64,000 nt of DNA. Origin: an uncultured Rivularia sp. GTDB lineage: Bacteria > Cyanobacteriota > Cyanobacteriia > Cyanobacteriales > Nostocaceae. Of the stretch, positions 21,648-33,321 are shown piece after piece (position 1 is the first letter of the stretch; each line of letters opens with the position of its first letter). Where the stretch lies: the NCBI GenBank assembly GCA_963665115.1, contig OY762007.1, positions 8,288,001 to 8,352,000 on the forward strand. The letters run 5' to 3'. The notes beneath the pieces were generated by a model. It worked only from the letters and a program-made list of their open reading frames with translations, was not told the DNA's origin and did not search any database. The position numbers were made by a program, and so were the translations under genes.

Positions 21648-22003
21648 GGTGGGAGGGGGGTAGGGGGATGTGGAGACAAGGAGATACAGCAGATTTCATT
21701 TAAGTGAGGTACACATCGTTTCTAGAGGAAGTAGTGAGTAGGGAGTAGGGAGTAGGGAAATGTACCTCATATACCTGCAAAGTGCTGTAATTAGACAAAA
21801 AATCTATAAAAAAGCTTTAAAAATAAATACGCGATTGCATTATCTTATTACTTCATTATCATCTCAACTCTCTTAATCCAAATCTTATAACTCTTAACTC
21901 CTCACTGATAACTGCTAACTTTCAATTATCACTTCTAAAACTTTTGGTTAAATTGAGTGATTTTGCCTACAATTTATCCAATGAGTGCGGGAGAATATCA
22001 AGG

Positions 22004-22801
22004 TTGGACGATAATTATCAAACTTATATGAACCGAGTGGCGCGTATGACGCTACCGGAAGCTTACACTTCTGGGGTTCAGCATCTGAAGGAATCTCCTA
22101 AATTTGTATTAGATCCAGGAAAAGGAAGAGAGGCTGTATCTTTCCCTGGATATACGTTAATTACCCCGCCTGGTGGGGAAGAAGATTCTATTAATTCTGC
22201 TTTTTACTCAAAATTGCAGGATTATCAACAGGAAATATTACAGTTACCGATGGGTTCGGATTTTATTATTCCGGTACCTCACGATAGCTTTCATGTGACT
22301 TTAGCCGATTTAATTTGGGACAGTGCCTATCGCGACGCTAAGGAAACTAATCCGGATTTTGAAGCACAATTACAGTTATGCTTTAGCGATATTTTTCAAC
22401 AGTATCAAAAATCTGCGATCGCCAACAATCCTCCAAGATGGCAAATGCTGGGATTAATGCTTATGCCAAGGTCTGTAGCAGTTTGTTTGGTACCGTTAGA
22501 TAAAGATAGCTACGAGCAAATTGTTAACTTCCGTCGGGCAATTTATCAAAGTCCAAAGCTAATAGCATTGGGGATTGAGCAACAGTACAATTTCACGGCA
22601 CATATAACTCTAGGTTATTTCGGCGAGATTTCGCCCGATTTAAACCGCGACAATTTCGCCACCATGCTATCAGAGCTAAATCAAAAATGGATTGAGAATT
22701 TACCGACTCTAACCGTGCATCGCGCCGAACTCCGTAAATTCGATTACATGACTAGTTTTTACCGAGAATCAGACTCCCCAGTTTTGGTTTTTGGTAGCTA
22801 G
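22004..22801 (+). CDS. 2H-phosphoesterase-fold protein (DUF1868-like); probable start TTG 22004
   Basis: Two HxT motifs (SFHVTLAD, AHITLGY). Confidence 0.7.
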   Translation: MDDNYQTYMNRVARMTLPEAYTSGVQHLKESPKFVLDPGKGREAVSFPGYTLITPPGGEEDSINSAFYSKLQDYQQEILQLPMGSDFIIPVPHDSFHVTLADLIWDSAYRDAKETNPDFEAQLQLCFSDIFQQYQKSAIANNPPRWQMLGLMLMPRSVAVCLVPLDKDSYEQIVNFRRAIYQSPKLIALGIEQQYNFTAHITLGYFGEISPDLNRDNFATMLSELNQKWIENLPTLTVHRAELRKFDYMTSFYRESDSPVLVFGS

Positions 22802-23225
22802 ATAGGGGGTGGGGAGATGGAAGGGGATGGGGAGATGGTGAATCCACTCTCGTGGGTAGTCTCCCGCAGTACGAGCGAAGTGGCGTTAGAGAAGCGTCTC
22901 CGTTAGCGCAGCGTGTCCGAAGGACATAGGAGATACCCGAAAGGGGAGACAAGGAGACAAGGAGAAAGATTCTAACTCCCTACTCCCTACTCCCTACTTC
23001 CTACTTCCTACTCCTAACTCTCTACTCCCTACTCCCTACTTCCTACTCCCTACTTCCTACTTCCTACTCCTTACTCCCTACTCCCTACTCCCTACTCCTA
23101 ACTTCTAATTCCTAGCTCCTAACTTCCTACTCCCCACTTGATTGATTGGTTCGCCAAAAGATAATCTAGAAATGAACGCACTTAATGGATAGCACTTCGT
23201 TAGAATAAGTAACCGAGTATTTCTT

Positions 23226-24185
23226 ATGAATATTCAACGTTGGATTGCAAGACGAGAACCAAATTGGCAACGCTTGGATTCCTTGTTGAAAAGAATAGAA
23301 AAAGAAGGTTTGAAGTCTCTCGAAGCAAAGGAAATCGGGGAATTTGCAAGTTTGTATCGTTCTGTGGTTGCAGATTTAGCACGCGCTCGGACTCAAAATT
23401 TAGGCAACGCTCTGGTACAAAATTTACATACTTTAAAAACTCGTGCTTATAAGCAAATTAATAAAGGTTCGCGACGGCAAGAATATTTAGGAGTCGTAAA
23501 ATTCTATCGTTGGGGTTTACCTGCTATAGTGCAGCAGACTTTTTCTTATATTGCCTTGGCTACTGGTTTATTTGTGTTAGGGGTATTAATAGCTTGGTTG
23601 TGTATTTGGCAAGATCCAACCTTTATGTCGCGAGTAGTACCATCAAGAATTATTTCCAAAGTTCGCGAAGATGGTGAATTGTGGACGAGTTCGATTGTAG
23701 GCATTGAACCTCTGGTATGTTCTGGGATTACTATTAATAACTTGAAAGTATCTTTGGGTGCCGTTGCAGGTGGAATTACTGCCGGAGCATTCACTATTTA
23801 TATAATGGTATTTAATGGCTTATTAATTGGTGCAGTTGCAACTCTAGTAGGTCAAAATAATTTAGCTTATCCTTTTTGGGCCTTCGTATTTCCACATGGT
23901 TCCTTAGAATTACCCGCTATTCTTCTTGCTGGGGGTGCGGGATTATTAATTAGTAAATCTTTATTCTTTCCAGTCAAATATCGCCGTTTCGATGCGATTA
24001 AACTTCATGCCTCCCAAGCCATACAATTGGTATTTGGTATTGTACCGATGTTAATTATTGCCGGTATTATAGAAGGTTTTTTCTCTTCCAACCCAACTAT
24101 TCCCAACCCAATTAAATATTTAACTGGATTCTGTTTGTTCGCAATTTTGGTAATGTATTTCAGCCGGAAATCAGTAAGTAGTTAA
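23226..24185 (+). CDS. Stage II sporulation protein M-like (DUF95) membrane protein
   Basis: LYRSVVADLARAR, NNLKV, FNG, PHGSLEL, AGIIEGF. Confidence 0.88.
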   Translation: MNIQRWIARREPNWQRLDSLLKRIEKEGLKSLEAKEIGEFASLYRSVVADLARARTQNLGNALVQNLHTLKTRAYKQINKGSRRQEYLGVVKFYRWGLPAIVQQTFSYIALATGLFVLGVLIAWLCIWQDPTFMSRVVPSRIISKVREDGELWTSSIVGIEPLVCSGITINNLKVSLGAVAGGITAGAFTIYIMVFNGLLIGAVATLVGQNNLAYPFWAFVFPHGSLELPAILLAGGAGLLISKSLFFPVKYRRFDAIKLHASQAIQLVFGIVPMLIIAGIIEGFFSSNPTIPNPIKYLTGFCLFAILVMYFSRKSVSS

Positions 24186-24245
24186 CAATTATCAATTATC
24201 AGTTATCAATTATCAGTTATTGATTAATCCGGCGGTTGAAACCGC

Positions 24246-24289
24246 ACGCCACTTGCTACAACGGGGGGAACCCCCGCAACGCAGTGGCT
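24246..24289 (+). mobile_element. 44-nt small dispersed repeat ACGCCACTTGC...GCAGTGGCT; second copy 49577-49620, diverged inverted copy 22842-22886
   Basis: Two near-identical copies in unrelated contexts; this copy interrupts a larger GGCGGTTGAAACCGC...GCGGTTTCAACCGCC repeat. Confidence 0.7.
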
Positions 24290-24454
24290 TATCTACACAG
24301 GCAAAACCTGCCTCCACAGGTAAAAAAAATCAGTCCACGCAGGTGGACTTTGTTTGTGTAGGCGCGGTTTCAACCGCCTGCCGATAACGACTCACTACTC
24401 CCAACTCCCTACTCACTACTCCCTACTCACTACTCCCAACTCCCTACTCACCGA

Positions 24455-25228
<774 letters not shown>

Positions 25229-25352
25229 TCAATATAATTTCATCATTTCAACCCGCTAAATATAATAGGCTGATTTGTACCGAGGAATTACGCCAATTTT
25301 GTTTTAGGATTTACCATAAAACTGCTGTCATTAGAAAAACGGGCTTTGTTAT

Positions 25353-25673
25353 ATGTCTACTAAAAAGGAATTCAACAGCTTTGAGGAAATGTTATCTGGT
25401 GCTGATGTACCAGTGTTGGTCGATTTCTACGCTGACTGGTGCGGACCTTGCCAAATGATGGCACCAATTTTAGACCAAGTTAATTCTCAACTCCAAGGGA
25501 AAATACGAGTTGTTAAAATTGATACAGAGAAATATCCTGCGCTAGCTTCTCAGTACCAGATTTATGCTCTCCCTACGTTGGTATTGTTTAAAGAAGGTAA
25601 GCCGGTAGATAAAATTGAAGGTGTAATGCAAGCACCACAATTAGTTCAACATCTGCAAGCATTTATGTCATAA
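25353..25673 (+). CDS. trxA: Thioredoxin
   Basis: WCGPC active site. Confidence 0.93.
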   Translation: MSTKKEFNSFEEMLSGADVPVLVDFYADWCGPCQMMAPILDQVNSQLQGKIRVVKIDTEKYPALASQYQIYALPTLVLFKEGKPVDKIEGVMQAPQLVQHLQAFMS

Positions 25674-25708
25674 CCTCCGCAGAAGTTGTATTTGAAGGAA
25701 ATTAGTAA

Positions 25709-25927
25709 ATGGAAATTTCTACCAAAAGACAAGCACTGCTTAAAGCAATTCACGAGCGACTAAAGGAATCTTATGAGGATACTTTAGAAGATGTCTTAGA
25801 GCTTTTAGATACTCGTGCATCAGAAGATATTGAAGACATTAAAGCTATGCAAGAAAGTCGAGAAGATATAAAAAGGAATGGCTCTGTCTCTTGGGAGCAA
25901 GTTAAACAAGAAATAGCTAGTGAATAA
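25709..25927 (+). CDS. Putative antitoxin (RelB-like partner)
   Basis: Small acidic ORF with EDIEDI...SVSWEQVKQE end, overlapping the toxin start. Confidence 0.75.
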   Translation: MEISTKRQALLKAIHERLKESYEDTLEDVLELLDTRASEDIEDIKAMQESREDIKRNGSVSWEQVKQEIASE

Positions 25928-26189
25928 ATATCAAGTCGAATTATCTAGGGCTGCATCTAAACAACTCAAAAAGTTGCCTGTAGAAGAACTAACGCGGGTA
26001 CAAGAAAAAATTGATGAATTAGCTGATAACCCCCGACCTGACGGAGTTGTTAAGTTAAAAGATTCAGAAGATAGTTATCGAATTAGAGCAGGTAGTTATC
26101 GAGTCTTGTACGATATTTTTGACGATGTTTTATTAGTCAGCGTTATAAGAATAGGTCATCGTAAAGATGTTTACCGCAATAAAAGTTAG
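25920..26189 (+). CDS. RelE/ParE family toxin
   Basis: YQVELSRAASKQLKKL, NPRPDGVVKL, YRIRAGSYRVLY, GHRKDVY. Confidence 0.9.
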   Translation: MNKYQVELSRAASKQLKKLPVEELTRVQEKIDELADNPRPDGVVKLKDSEDSYRIRAGSYRVLYDIFDDVLLVSVIRIGHRKDVYRNKS

Positions 26190-26381
26190 TTACTAATACT
26201 TAGAAGCCGGTTTTTTTAAGCCGGTTTTTTTATAGAAAGAGGAGATGAGGAAGAAACTTTGACCGTTAACTTCCTACTCCCTACTCACTTAGTAACAGCG
26301 TTCACTAGAAAATACGGATCGAATAGTGTAAAAAAAGTTAATAGTAACAATAATCGGATGATATGCCGATGACGATATCTT

Positions 26382-26960
26382 ATGAGTAAGCGTGAAAGTC
26401 CGGTTGGATTGATTTTGATTCTATTAGCTACTTTCGGTCTTAGTGTTGCTGGTATTTGGTTAGCTTATCAGTTCGGGTTTGGTTCTCATTCTGATGTGGA
26501 ATATATTTATAAATATGATAATAAAATAACATCTACGACAGATGTATTCGATAAATTAGAACCAGTAATTAAAAATACTACTTTACCTAATCCCACTCCC
26601 AAAAGATTAAAGACAGCAGATGATATAGTTGAAAATCCGGTACAAACGCAAATTAAATTTTTGTTTGATTCCAACAAAATTACCAGCGAAGGTGTAGAAA
26701 AGTTAAATCAATTAAAAAAACAGATAGCAGAATTTGATTCTCAGATAGTTGGCGTGCGGATTTATTCTAGTTTTGGCGAGTCAGAGTTTAGTCAAGAAAT
26801 CGGAAGAGAGCGGGGTGAAGAAGTAGCCGGTTATTTACGTCATCTTGGCTTGAAAAATAAGATAGTAATTTCTAAAAGAAGCGCAAATCCTTCAGCAGAT
26901 AATCTTTCCTCTCAACAAAAACGCAATCAGCCATTAGTAGTTGAGTTGTATAAGCTTTAA
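26382..26960 (+). CDS. Membrane-anchored OmpA-like domain protein (degenerate)
   Basis: N-terminal TM; F.FDS..I, GRERGEEVAGYL..LG, RNQ resembling the OmpA C-domain. Confidence 0.65.
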   Translation: MSKRESPVGLILILLATFGLSVAGIWLAYQFGFGSHSDVEYIYKYDNKITSTTDVFDKLEPVIKNTTLPNPTPKRLKTADDIVENPVQTQIKFLFDSNKITSEGVEKLNQLKKQIAEFDSQIVGVRIYSSFGESEFSQEIGRERGEEVAGYLRHLGLKNKIVISKRSANPSADNLSSQQKRNQPLVVELYKL

Positions 26961-27102
26961 TTGATAACTGGTAATTGGTAATTGGTAATTGGTAATAGAT
27001 GGTGCGTTACGGCATTATTTAAATGGTAACTTTTAGCCAAATTGATTTGTGCCGTAATACACCCTACAATTTGATAATTGATAATTGATAATTGATAATT
27101 GT

Positions 27103-28029
27103 TTATTGTCTTCTCACATTCAAACAACACCATTCTTTCCGCTTCCACAAAGTAGCAACCACCCAGCCGTTTTTCTCTAAAACGTCAGTAACGGCGTTGG
27201 ATTGTTCTAATAAAATACCGCTAAAAATGGCCCAAGTAGTAGGTTTAACAATCGCGCTCATGCCAGGAAGTATTTCCATTATTATGTCAGCCAAGATATT
27301 GCAGACGATACCATCTACTGGTTCTGTAATCAATTGCTGCATTACTTCTACACTGCCCTGGGCTACTGTCAAACGCTCGGTAGCAATTCCGTTAATTTCG
27401 CGGTTTTCTGTAGTTGCACCTACTGCTAATGAATCGGTATCTACTGCGTAGGCTTTTTTTGCTCCTAATAGTAATGCTCCGATAGAAAGGATACCGGAAC
27501 CACAGCCAATATCCGCAATTACCATATCGTGTTTTTTCTGTACGGAACCAACAAAAGATTCTGGAATATCGCTGAAGCGCATTTCTAATGATTCTAAACA
27601 AAGCTGAGTTGTAGCATGAGCGCCAGTACCAAACGCTACACCAGGATCGAGCTTTAAAATTATGCGTTCCGTACTTTCCGGAGCCGGTATCCAAGAAGGA
27701 TTGATTAAAAAGCGATCGCCAATTTCTTGAGGGTCCCAATGTTGTTTCCAGCTACTCGACCAATCTTCTTCATCAATTAGCTTCCACTGCAAAGAAGGTA
27801 AAGAAGTTTCAAAGCAAAGAGCATCTTGACGCAGCCACAGCGATAGTGCGGCTAAGTCTAATAAATGTGCTTGAGATTGCGGTAAATAAGCCTCTACGGA
27901 AACTAAGTTACCTTTTTTTTGACTGGCAGTTCCCCGACAGCCAAATTTCTCCAATCGCCAAAAGACCGAATCTTCAATCTCTGGAGAGCATAGGATTTGT
28001 AATTCCCACCAAGTTTTTGCCACGTTCAA
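27103..28029 (-). CDS. prmA: 50S ribosomal protein L11 methyltransferase
   Basis: [28 protein letters not shown]. Confidence 0.95.
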   Translation of the reverse strand: MNVAKTWWELQILCSPEIEDSVFWRLEKFGCRGTASQKKGNLVSVEAYLPQSQAHLLDLAALSLWLRQDALCFETSLPSLQWKLIDEEDWSSSWKQHWDPQEIGDRFLINPSWIPAPESTERIILKLDPGVAFGTGAHATTQLCLESLEMRFSDIPESFVGSVQKKHDMVIADIGCGSGILSIGALLLGAKKAYAVDTDSLAVGATTENREINGIATERLTVAQGSVEVMQQLITEPVDGIVCNILADIIMEILPGMSAIVKPTTWAIFSGILLEQSNAVTDVLEKNGWVVATLWKRKEWCCLNVRRQ

Positions 28030-28230
28030 ATTCGTTAGGAGTTATGAGTTATGAATTAGGAGTTGGGAATTAAAAATTAGGAGTTAGTAACTAGAAGTTA
28101 TGAGTTGAAAGTCAGGATTCAGGAGTTAGGAATTAGGAAAACGAAATTTTTACTCCGAGCTTTTTTCTTATTTATTGCTGTTCACTTTCAATTATTAACT
28201 CCTAACTATTAACTCCTAACTATTAACTGT

Positions 28231-29811
28231 TTACAAAGTAACCGTATATGCGTCTCGAATGCCTGCGACTTTGGTAATCTCTTTCAAGATTCCGTCTGGT
28301 AATGGATCATCTATACTTATAACCATTACTGCATCACCGCGAACAATTTTACGTCCTACCTGCATACTGGCGATATTAACGTTAAAACTGCCGAGTAAAG
28401 AACCTATTTTACCGATAATTCCGGGCATATCGCGGTGTACGGTAAATAGCATATAACGATTTGGTGGTACGTTGATGGGAAAATTATCAAGGCTGGTAAT
28501 CCTAATTTCTCCACCACCCAATAAAGCACCAGTTACAGAATGAGTTCCTAAGTTACCCGTAGCTTCTAAATGCAGCGAACCGGCGTAATCTTTAACTGAA
28601 TCATCCCGCGTTTCAATGACGCGAATTCCTCTTTCTTTCGCTTCAATGTTGGCATTAACGTAATTTACTCTTTCGCGCAAAGCTTGATAAAGCAACCCTT
28701 TAAGAGAAGCAATAACTAAAGGCCGACTCTTGTTGGTTGCTAGCTCTCCTTGCAGGCTGACGTTAAGTACTTCTACTCTGCCACCGGCAAGCTGCCCTAC
28801 TAAGTTACCTAATGTTTCGGCTAGCTCCATATAAGGCTTAAGTTCTTCCAAGACATCAGGATTGAGTCCGGGAATATTTACCGCAGAGCGTGCTGGCAAT
28901 CCTAATAGTACATCGCGGATTTGTTCGGCTACGTCAATGGCAACGTTTACTTGTGCTTCAGCCGTCGATGCTCCCAAATGCGGTGTGAGAACAACTTCTT
29001 TTCCTAAAGCTTTTAAAGGAGATTCACCCAAAGGTTCGGATTCGTAAACATCCAATGCCGCGCCTTTGATTTTACCTTCCTTGAGGGCTGCTGCCAAAGC
29101 ATCCTCATCGATGATTCCACCGCGAGCGCAGTTGATAATGCGAGCGTTGGGTTTCATCTTCGCCAACATTTCGGCGTTAATTAAATGAGCGGTTTCTGGA
29201 GTTTTGGGAATATGCAGCGTGATGTAATCGGCTTGCTTAACCAATAAATCCATATCTACCAACTGAACACCCATCTGTTCGGCTCTTTCATTGGAAATAA
29301 AAGGATCGAAAGCCAGTAATTTCATTCCCATTGCTTTGGCAACATTAGCAACGTGAGAACCAATTTTACCTAAACCGACAATTCCTAAAGTTTTTTTATA
29401 AACCTCAGCTCCAACAAAAGTTTTGCGGTTCCACTCGCCGGATTTCACCGAAGCATTTGCATCGGCAATATTGCGAGACATAGCCATCATCATTGCCAAA
29501 GCGTGTTCGGCTGCGGCAATGGTATTACCTTCTGGAGAATTTACGACTACAATTCCTCGGCGCGTAGCTGCTGGTACGTCTACATTATCAACACCAACAC
29601 CAGCACGACCGATAATTTTTAGATTTGTAGCTGCTTCAATAATTTCCTGAGTAACGCGAGTACCCGAACGAATCATCAACGCATCATATTCACCAATGAT
29701 TTGCTGTAATTCTTCCGGTTTTAAATTTAATTTGACATCAACACTAGCAACTTGGGAAAGTATGTCAATCCCTGCTTGGTCAACTGAATCGGAAACTAGA
29801 ACCTTAGACAT
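28231..29811 (-). CDS. serA: D-3-phosphoglycerate dehydrogenase
   Basis: GRAGVGVDN, GLGKIG, NCARGG, TPHLGAST, C-terminal ACT domain. Confidence 0.96.
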   Translation of the reverse strand: MSKVLVSDSVDQAGIDILSQVASVDVKLNLKPEELQQIIGEYDALMIRSGTRVTQEIIEAATNLKIIGRAGVGVDNVDVPAATRRGIVVVNSPEGNTIAAAEHALAMMMAMSRNIADANASVKSGEWNRKTFVGAEVYKKTLGIVGLGKIGSHVANVAKAMGMKLLAFDPFISNERAEQMGVQLVDMDLLVKQADYITLHIPKTPETAHLINAEMLAKMKPNARIINCARGGIIDEDALAAALKEGKIKGAALDVYESEPLGESPLKALGKEVVLTPHLGASTAEAQVNVAIDVAEQIRDVLLGLPARSAVNIPGLNPDVLEELKPYMELAETLGNLVGQLAGGRVEVLNVSLQGELATNKSRPLVIASLKGLLYQALRERVNYVNANIEAKERGIRVIETRDDSVKDYAGSLHLEATGNLGTHSVTGALLGGGEIRITSLDNFPINVPPNRYMLFTVHRDMPGIIGKIGSLLGSFNVNIASMQVGRKIVRGDAVMVISIDDPLPDGILKEITKVAGIRDAYTVTL

Positions 29812-30527
29812 AACTGCTTATTTTAAAGCTTACTTGTTTTGTAGGGGAGAACTGTGGGTCTTAAAAATGCCAACAATAACGGCGATTCGTATACAAATTA
29901 CTATTTTCAATATCATCCCACGAGAATGACACGCCGACCTATACTATGACGCTTAGGAAAAAATTCCGCCGGTACCATGTGGCGTTTTTCTTATGCGTCA
30001 ACTATGCTGTTCGGACAGCGAATATATAATCCACCAATAACACGAATAGCGCCTACAATTCATCTATTTATTAAAAATTCAGAAAGCGAAAAATACTCGT
30101 TAGTTGCTTGATGTAACAGTATTTACTGCGTTAATTAATTTGCACTGCTACATTCAATTCAAAATAAGAATTAATTGTATAAATTTAAACTTAGATAGCT
30201 AGTAATCCAAATATGGAAAAATCTAAAATTTCTGTAAGCAATTATTAATTATCAAAATAGTATTTCACTACATAAATTATGAGGGGCAACACATTCGTAG
30301 TGCGAGCCGGAAAGCTCGCTGGTTATAACGAGGGAGCGAGACGCTCCCATTACATTTTTATTACCCTTTAAATTTAATGCGATCGAGTATTAGTGCTTTG
30401 TGCCATTAGCGCTCGATCGCCTAATAATTCCGAATTTATGAAGCGAGTACAACGCGCTAATAAGAACTCAGGATTAGTATATTTTTAACTCCTAATTCCC
30501 AACTCCTAACTTCTAACTGTTCGCTGT

Positions 30528-31295
30528 TTAAAACTTCCCTTCCCTAACTTCCTGACTAAAATCCCCTACAGCTTGAGTAATCGTCTCGCGTAAATTTGTA
30601 TAAACTTTGGCAAATGGTGGCTGCTTTTCAGAAAGTCCAAGTAAATCGGAAGTTAATAAAACTTGTCCATCACAATGAGAACCAGCACCAATACCAATAG
30701 TCGGAATGCTAACTTTTTGAGTAATTTCTAATGCTAAATCTGCGGGAATATGTTCTAAAATCATGGAAAAAACACCCGCTTGTTCCAAGGCGATTGCTTC
30801 TTGTAAAATCCTGTTTTTTGATTCTTCTGTTTTACCTTGTTGGCGCGTACCCATTTGGTTTATTGACTGTGGGGTTAAACCAACGTGTCCCATCACCGGA
30901 ATTCCCGCTTTTACCAAACGAGAAATAGTATCTATCATTTCCGGATATCCGCCTTCTAATTTGACAGCAGAAGCTCCCGTTTCTTTTAATACCCTACCCG
31001 CCGAATGCATCGCTTGTGTGACGCTTTCTTGATAAGTCATAAACGGTAAATCAACTACTATCAAAGCTTGCTTTACCCCACGTCTGACAGCTTTAGCATG
31101 GTATAGCATTTCTTCCAGAGAAATCGGTAAAGTATTTGGATAACCTAAAACCACAGCCATCGAGTCACCGACCAAAATTAAATCTACCCCACTCTCATCC
31201 AATAATTGAGCAATTGAATAATCCCAAGCAGTCAACGCTACAATCGGATGCTTTTCTTGTTTGTATTGAATTAACTTTCGGATATTAATAGGCAT
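30528..31295 (-). CDS. panB: 3-methyl-2-oxobutanoate hydroxymethyltransferase
   Basis: [31 protein letters not shown]. Confidence 0.96.
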   Translation of the reverse strand: MPINIRKLIQYKQEKHPIVALTAWDYSIAQLLDESGVDLILVGDSMAVVLGYPNTLPISLEEMLYHAKAVRRGVKQALIVVDLPFMTYQESVTQAMHSAGRVLKETGASAVKLEGGYPEMIDTISRLVKAGIPVMGHVGLTPQSINQMGTRQQGKTEESKNRILQEAIALEQAGVFSMILEHIPADLALEITQKVSIPTIGIGAGSHCDGQVLLTSDLLGLSEKQPPFAKVYTNLRETITQAVGDFSQEVREGKF

Positions 31296-31522
31296 TGAGG
31301 AATTGGTAATTGGTAATTGGTAATTGGTAATTGGTAATTGGGGATTGGGGATTGGGGATTGGGCATGGGGAATTAGGAGTAGTGAGTAGTGAGTAGCAAG
31401 TAAACTACCAATTCGTTCTTATTGTCGGTTCTTCAACGATCTATTCCCAAATTGTTACTCATTACTTTTTACTCTCTACTCTCTAGTTGCTACTTTAAGA
31501 ATGTCCCCCTCTCCCCATCTCC

Positions 31523-32605
31523 TTACTGCACTGCTCTAGTAAAAGCCAAATGCGGTTTCGCTCTTTCCATTTTTGGCATTAACCAAGCTAAACCTTCACT
31601 GGTTCCAATCCATAGTTTGTTGCCAACGTCGGGAGCTATAGAAATAATTCTACTGGAAGGAAGACCTGCTACCGTGTCTAAAATGGCTCCGGTATAAGGA
31701 TTTAATCGCATCAGCCCGTTATCGGTACCAACCCAAACGCTCTTATCATTAGCAAAACTTATAGATGTTACGTTGCGTCCCCGCAAGCGCGTTACAGAAC
31801 GTAATATTGCACCAGTCTTTGGGTTGATAACTAGTAAATTATTTGGTGTTCCTGCCCAAATTAGCCCTAAAGAATCAATAGCTAATGTTTGTACGGTGGT
31901 ACCCGGCAACTCTTTAATATGCTGCATCACAGTAGCTTTGGCGGTATTAATTCGCACCAAACCATCTAAAGTACCAACCCAAAGATGCCCTTGAGCGTCT
32001 AAAGTCATAGCATTTGCGCTGACACCAGGAAGCTTTTTCAATGTAGTCATGATTAAGCCTTCATCGGGACTAATCAAAGCCAAACCGTTATCCGTACCCG
32101 CCCAAACATAACCGCGTTTATCAACTTGTAAAGATAATACTCTTTTAGAAGGTAGAAATAAATTCTGGGCTGTAATTTCATTACTGCGGGGATCGACTCG
32201 CTTCAATCCCTCATAGCTGCCAACCCATAACCGCCCAACTTTATCTTGCACCATCGCACCGATCGCACGACTTGGCAAACTCACGCGAGCTAAAATTTCG
32301 CCGGTATTCGGATTAATCCGCGTCAAACCACGTCCGTAACCCACCCAAAGATTCCCCGTATAATCCGGTTGCAAAGCTTTGACGCGAAAATCGGTTTCCT
32401 TTACATTTTCTATCCGTCGTCTTTGACTTGGTAAAGGCTGTCTGCGTGGTGGTGGTGGTGAAGCAGGATAAGCCGGAGTTACTTCAGACGGATCAACCTT
32501 TATAAGTTTCTGCGCCCAAACGCGATCGCCAAAACCCGAAAGTGCCACCAAACCGAGTATTGAAGAACAAACTATTAAACTACTGCGCTGACTAAAAAAC
32601 ACCAC
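31523..32605 (-). CDS. Exported beta-propeller protein (two-component regulator propeller repeats)
   Basis: Repeated D..G.LWVGT..GL units; signal peptide. Confidence 0.8.
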   Translation of the reverse strand: MVFFSQRSSLIVCSSILGLVALSGFGDRVWAQKLIKVDPSEVTPAYPASPPPPRRQPLPSQRRRIENVKETDFRVKALQPDYTGNLWVGYGRGLTRINPNTGEILARVSLPSRAIGAMVQDKVGRLWVGSYEGLKRVDPRSNEITAQNLFLPSKRVLSLQVDKRGYVWAGTDNGLALISPDEGLIMTTLKKLPGVSANAMTLDAQGHLWVGTLDGLVRINTAKATVMQHIKELPGTTVQTLAIDSLGLIWAGTPNNLLVINPKTGAILRSVTRLRGRNVTSISFANDKSVWVGTDNGLMRLNPYTGAILDTVAGLPSSRIISIAPDVGNKLWIGTSEGLAWLMPKMERAKPHLAFTRAVQ

Positions 32606-32900
32606 AATGATAAATTCTACGAAAACAACTAATTACAGTGTTCCCGTTTAACAGTTAACAGTTATCAGTGAGCAGTAATCAGTTAATAGTTAACAGTGTA
32701 GAGACGTAGCACTGCTACGTCTTAGGAGTGGGAGCCGAACAGTTCCCTCGCTGTTTCCAATGCCCAATTAAAAAACCGACTATTATAACGACCATAATGT
32801 AAAGACTTCTTAATATAATGTTAAAACTATAGTGTGATAAGAAATTCAAATATAAAAGTTAAAAATATTCAAATAATAACGATTCAAATTCTTGATATAT

Positions 32901-32916
32901 TGTGAGACAGGCTACA
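32901..32916 (+). promoter_or_regulatory. NtcA-like site (TGT-N10-ACA / GTN-N8-TAC) adjacent to the probable rbcL -10 region
   Basis: TGTGAGACAGGCTACA about 420 nt upstream of rbcL, directly after TGATATAT; NtcA is known to bind the Anabaena rbcL promoter. Confidence 0.55.
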
Positions 32917-33321
32917 GATTGCGTGGCGCACAGTTTCGGCTTTCGCTTACCGCTTGTCTAAATCTCAACTGGTTAAGTGGAAGTGATTCCGCTTGTTCTA
33001 GTTGATTTGAGCATCATTTTCATACCGATTGATAACTAAGTCTGGTAAGGAAGGAACGGTTAAAGAAAATTTTTTGATTCGCTTGGAGTTTGAAAAGAGG
33101 GATAAGCAATTAGGGGAAACTCGAAAAAATCGAAGTTTTTCAATGTTTCCTTTGTTTGGATAAAACAATCCCTTCTTTAAATTTAGTAAGCAAGCTCTAG
33201 CCAAGCTTCAATAAAACGAAATAAATAGTCTTTACCTGTCAAAAGGAAGGGGTTATTTAAGTGAAAGTTCCGCTGTAGCGTGATTTGTAAGCAAAAGATA
33301 GACTTTTAGGATTGGATAAAT

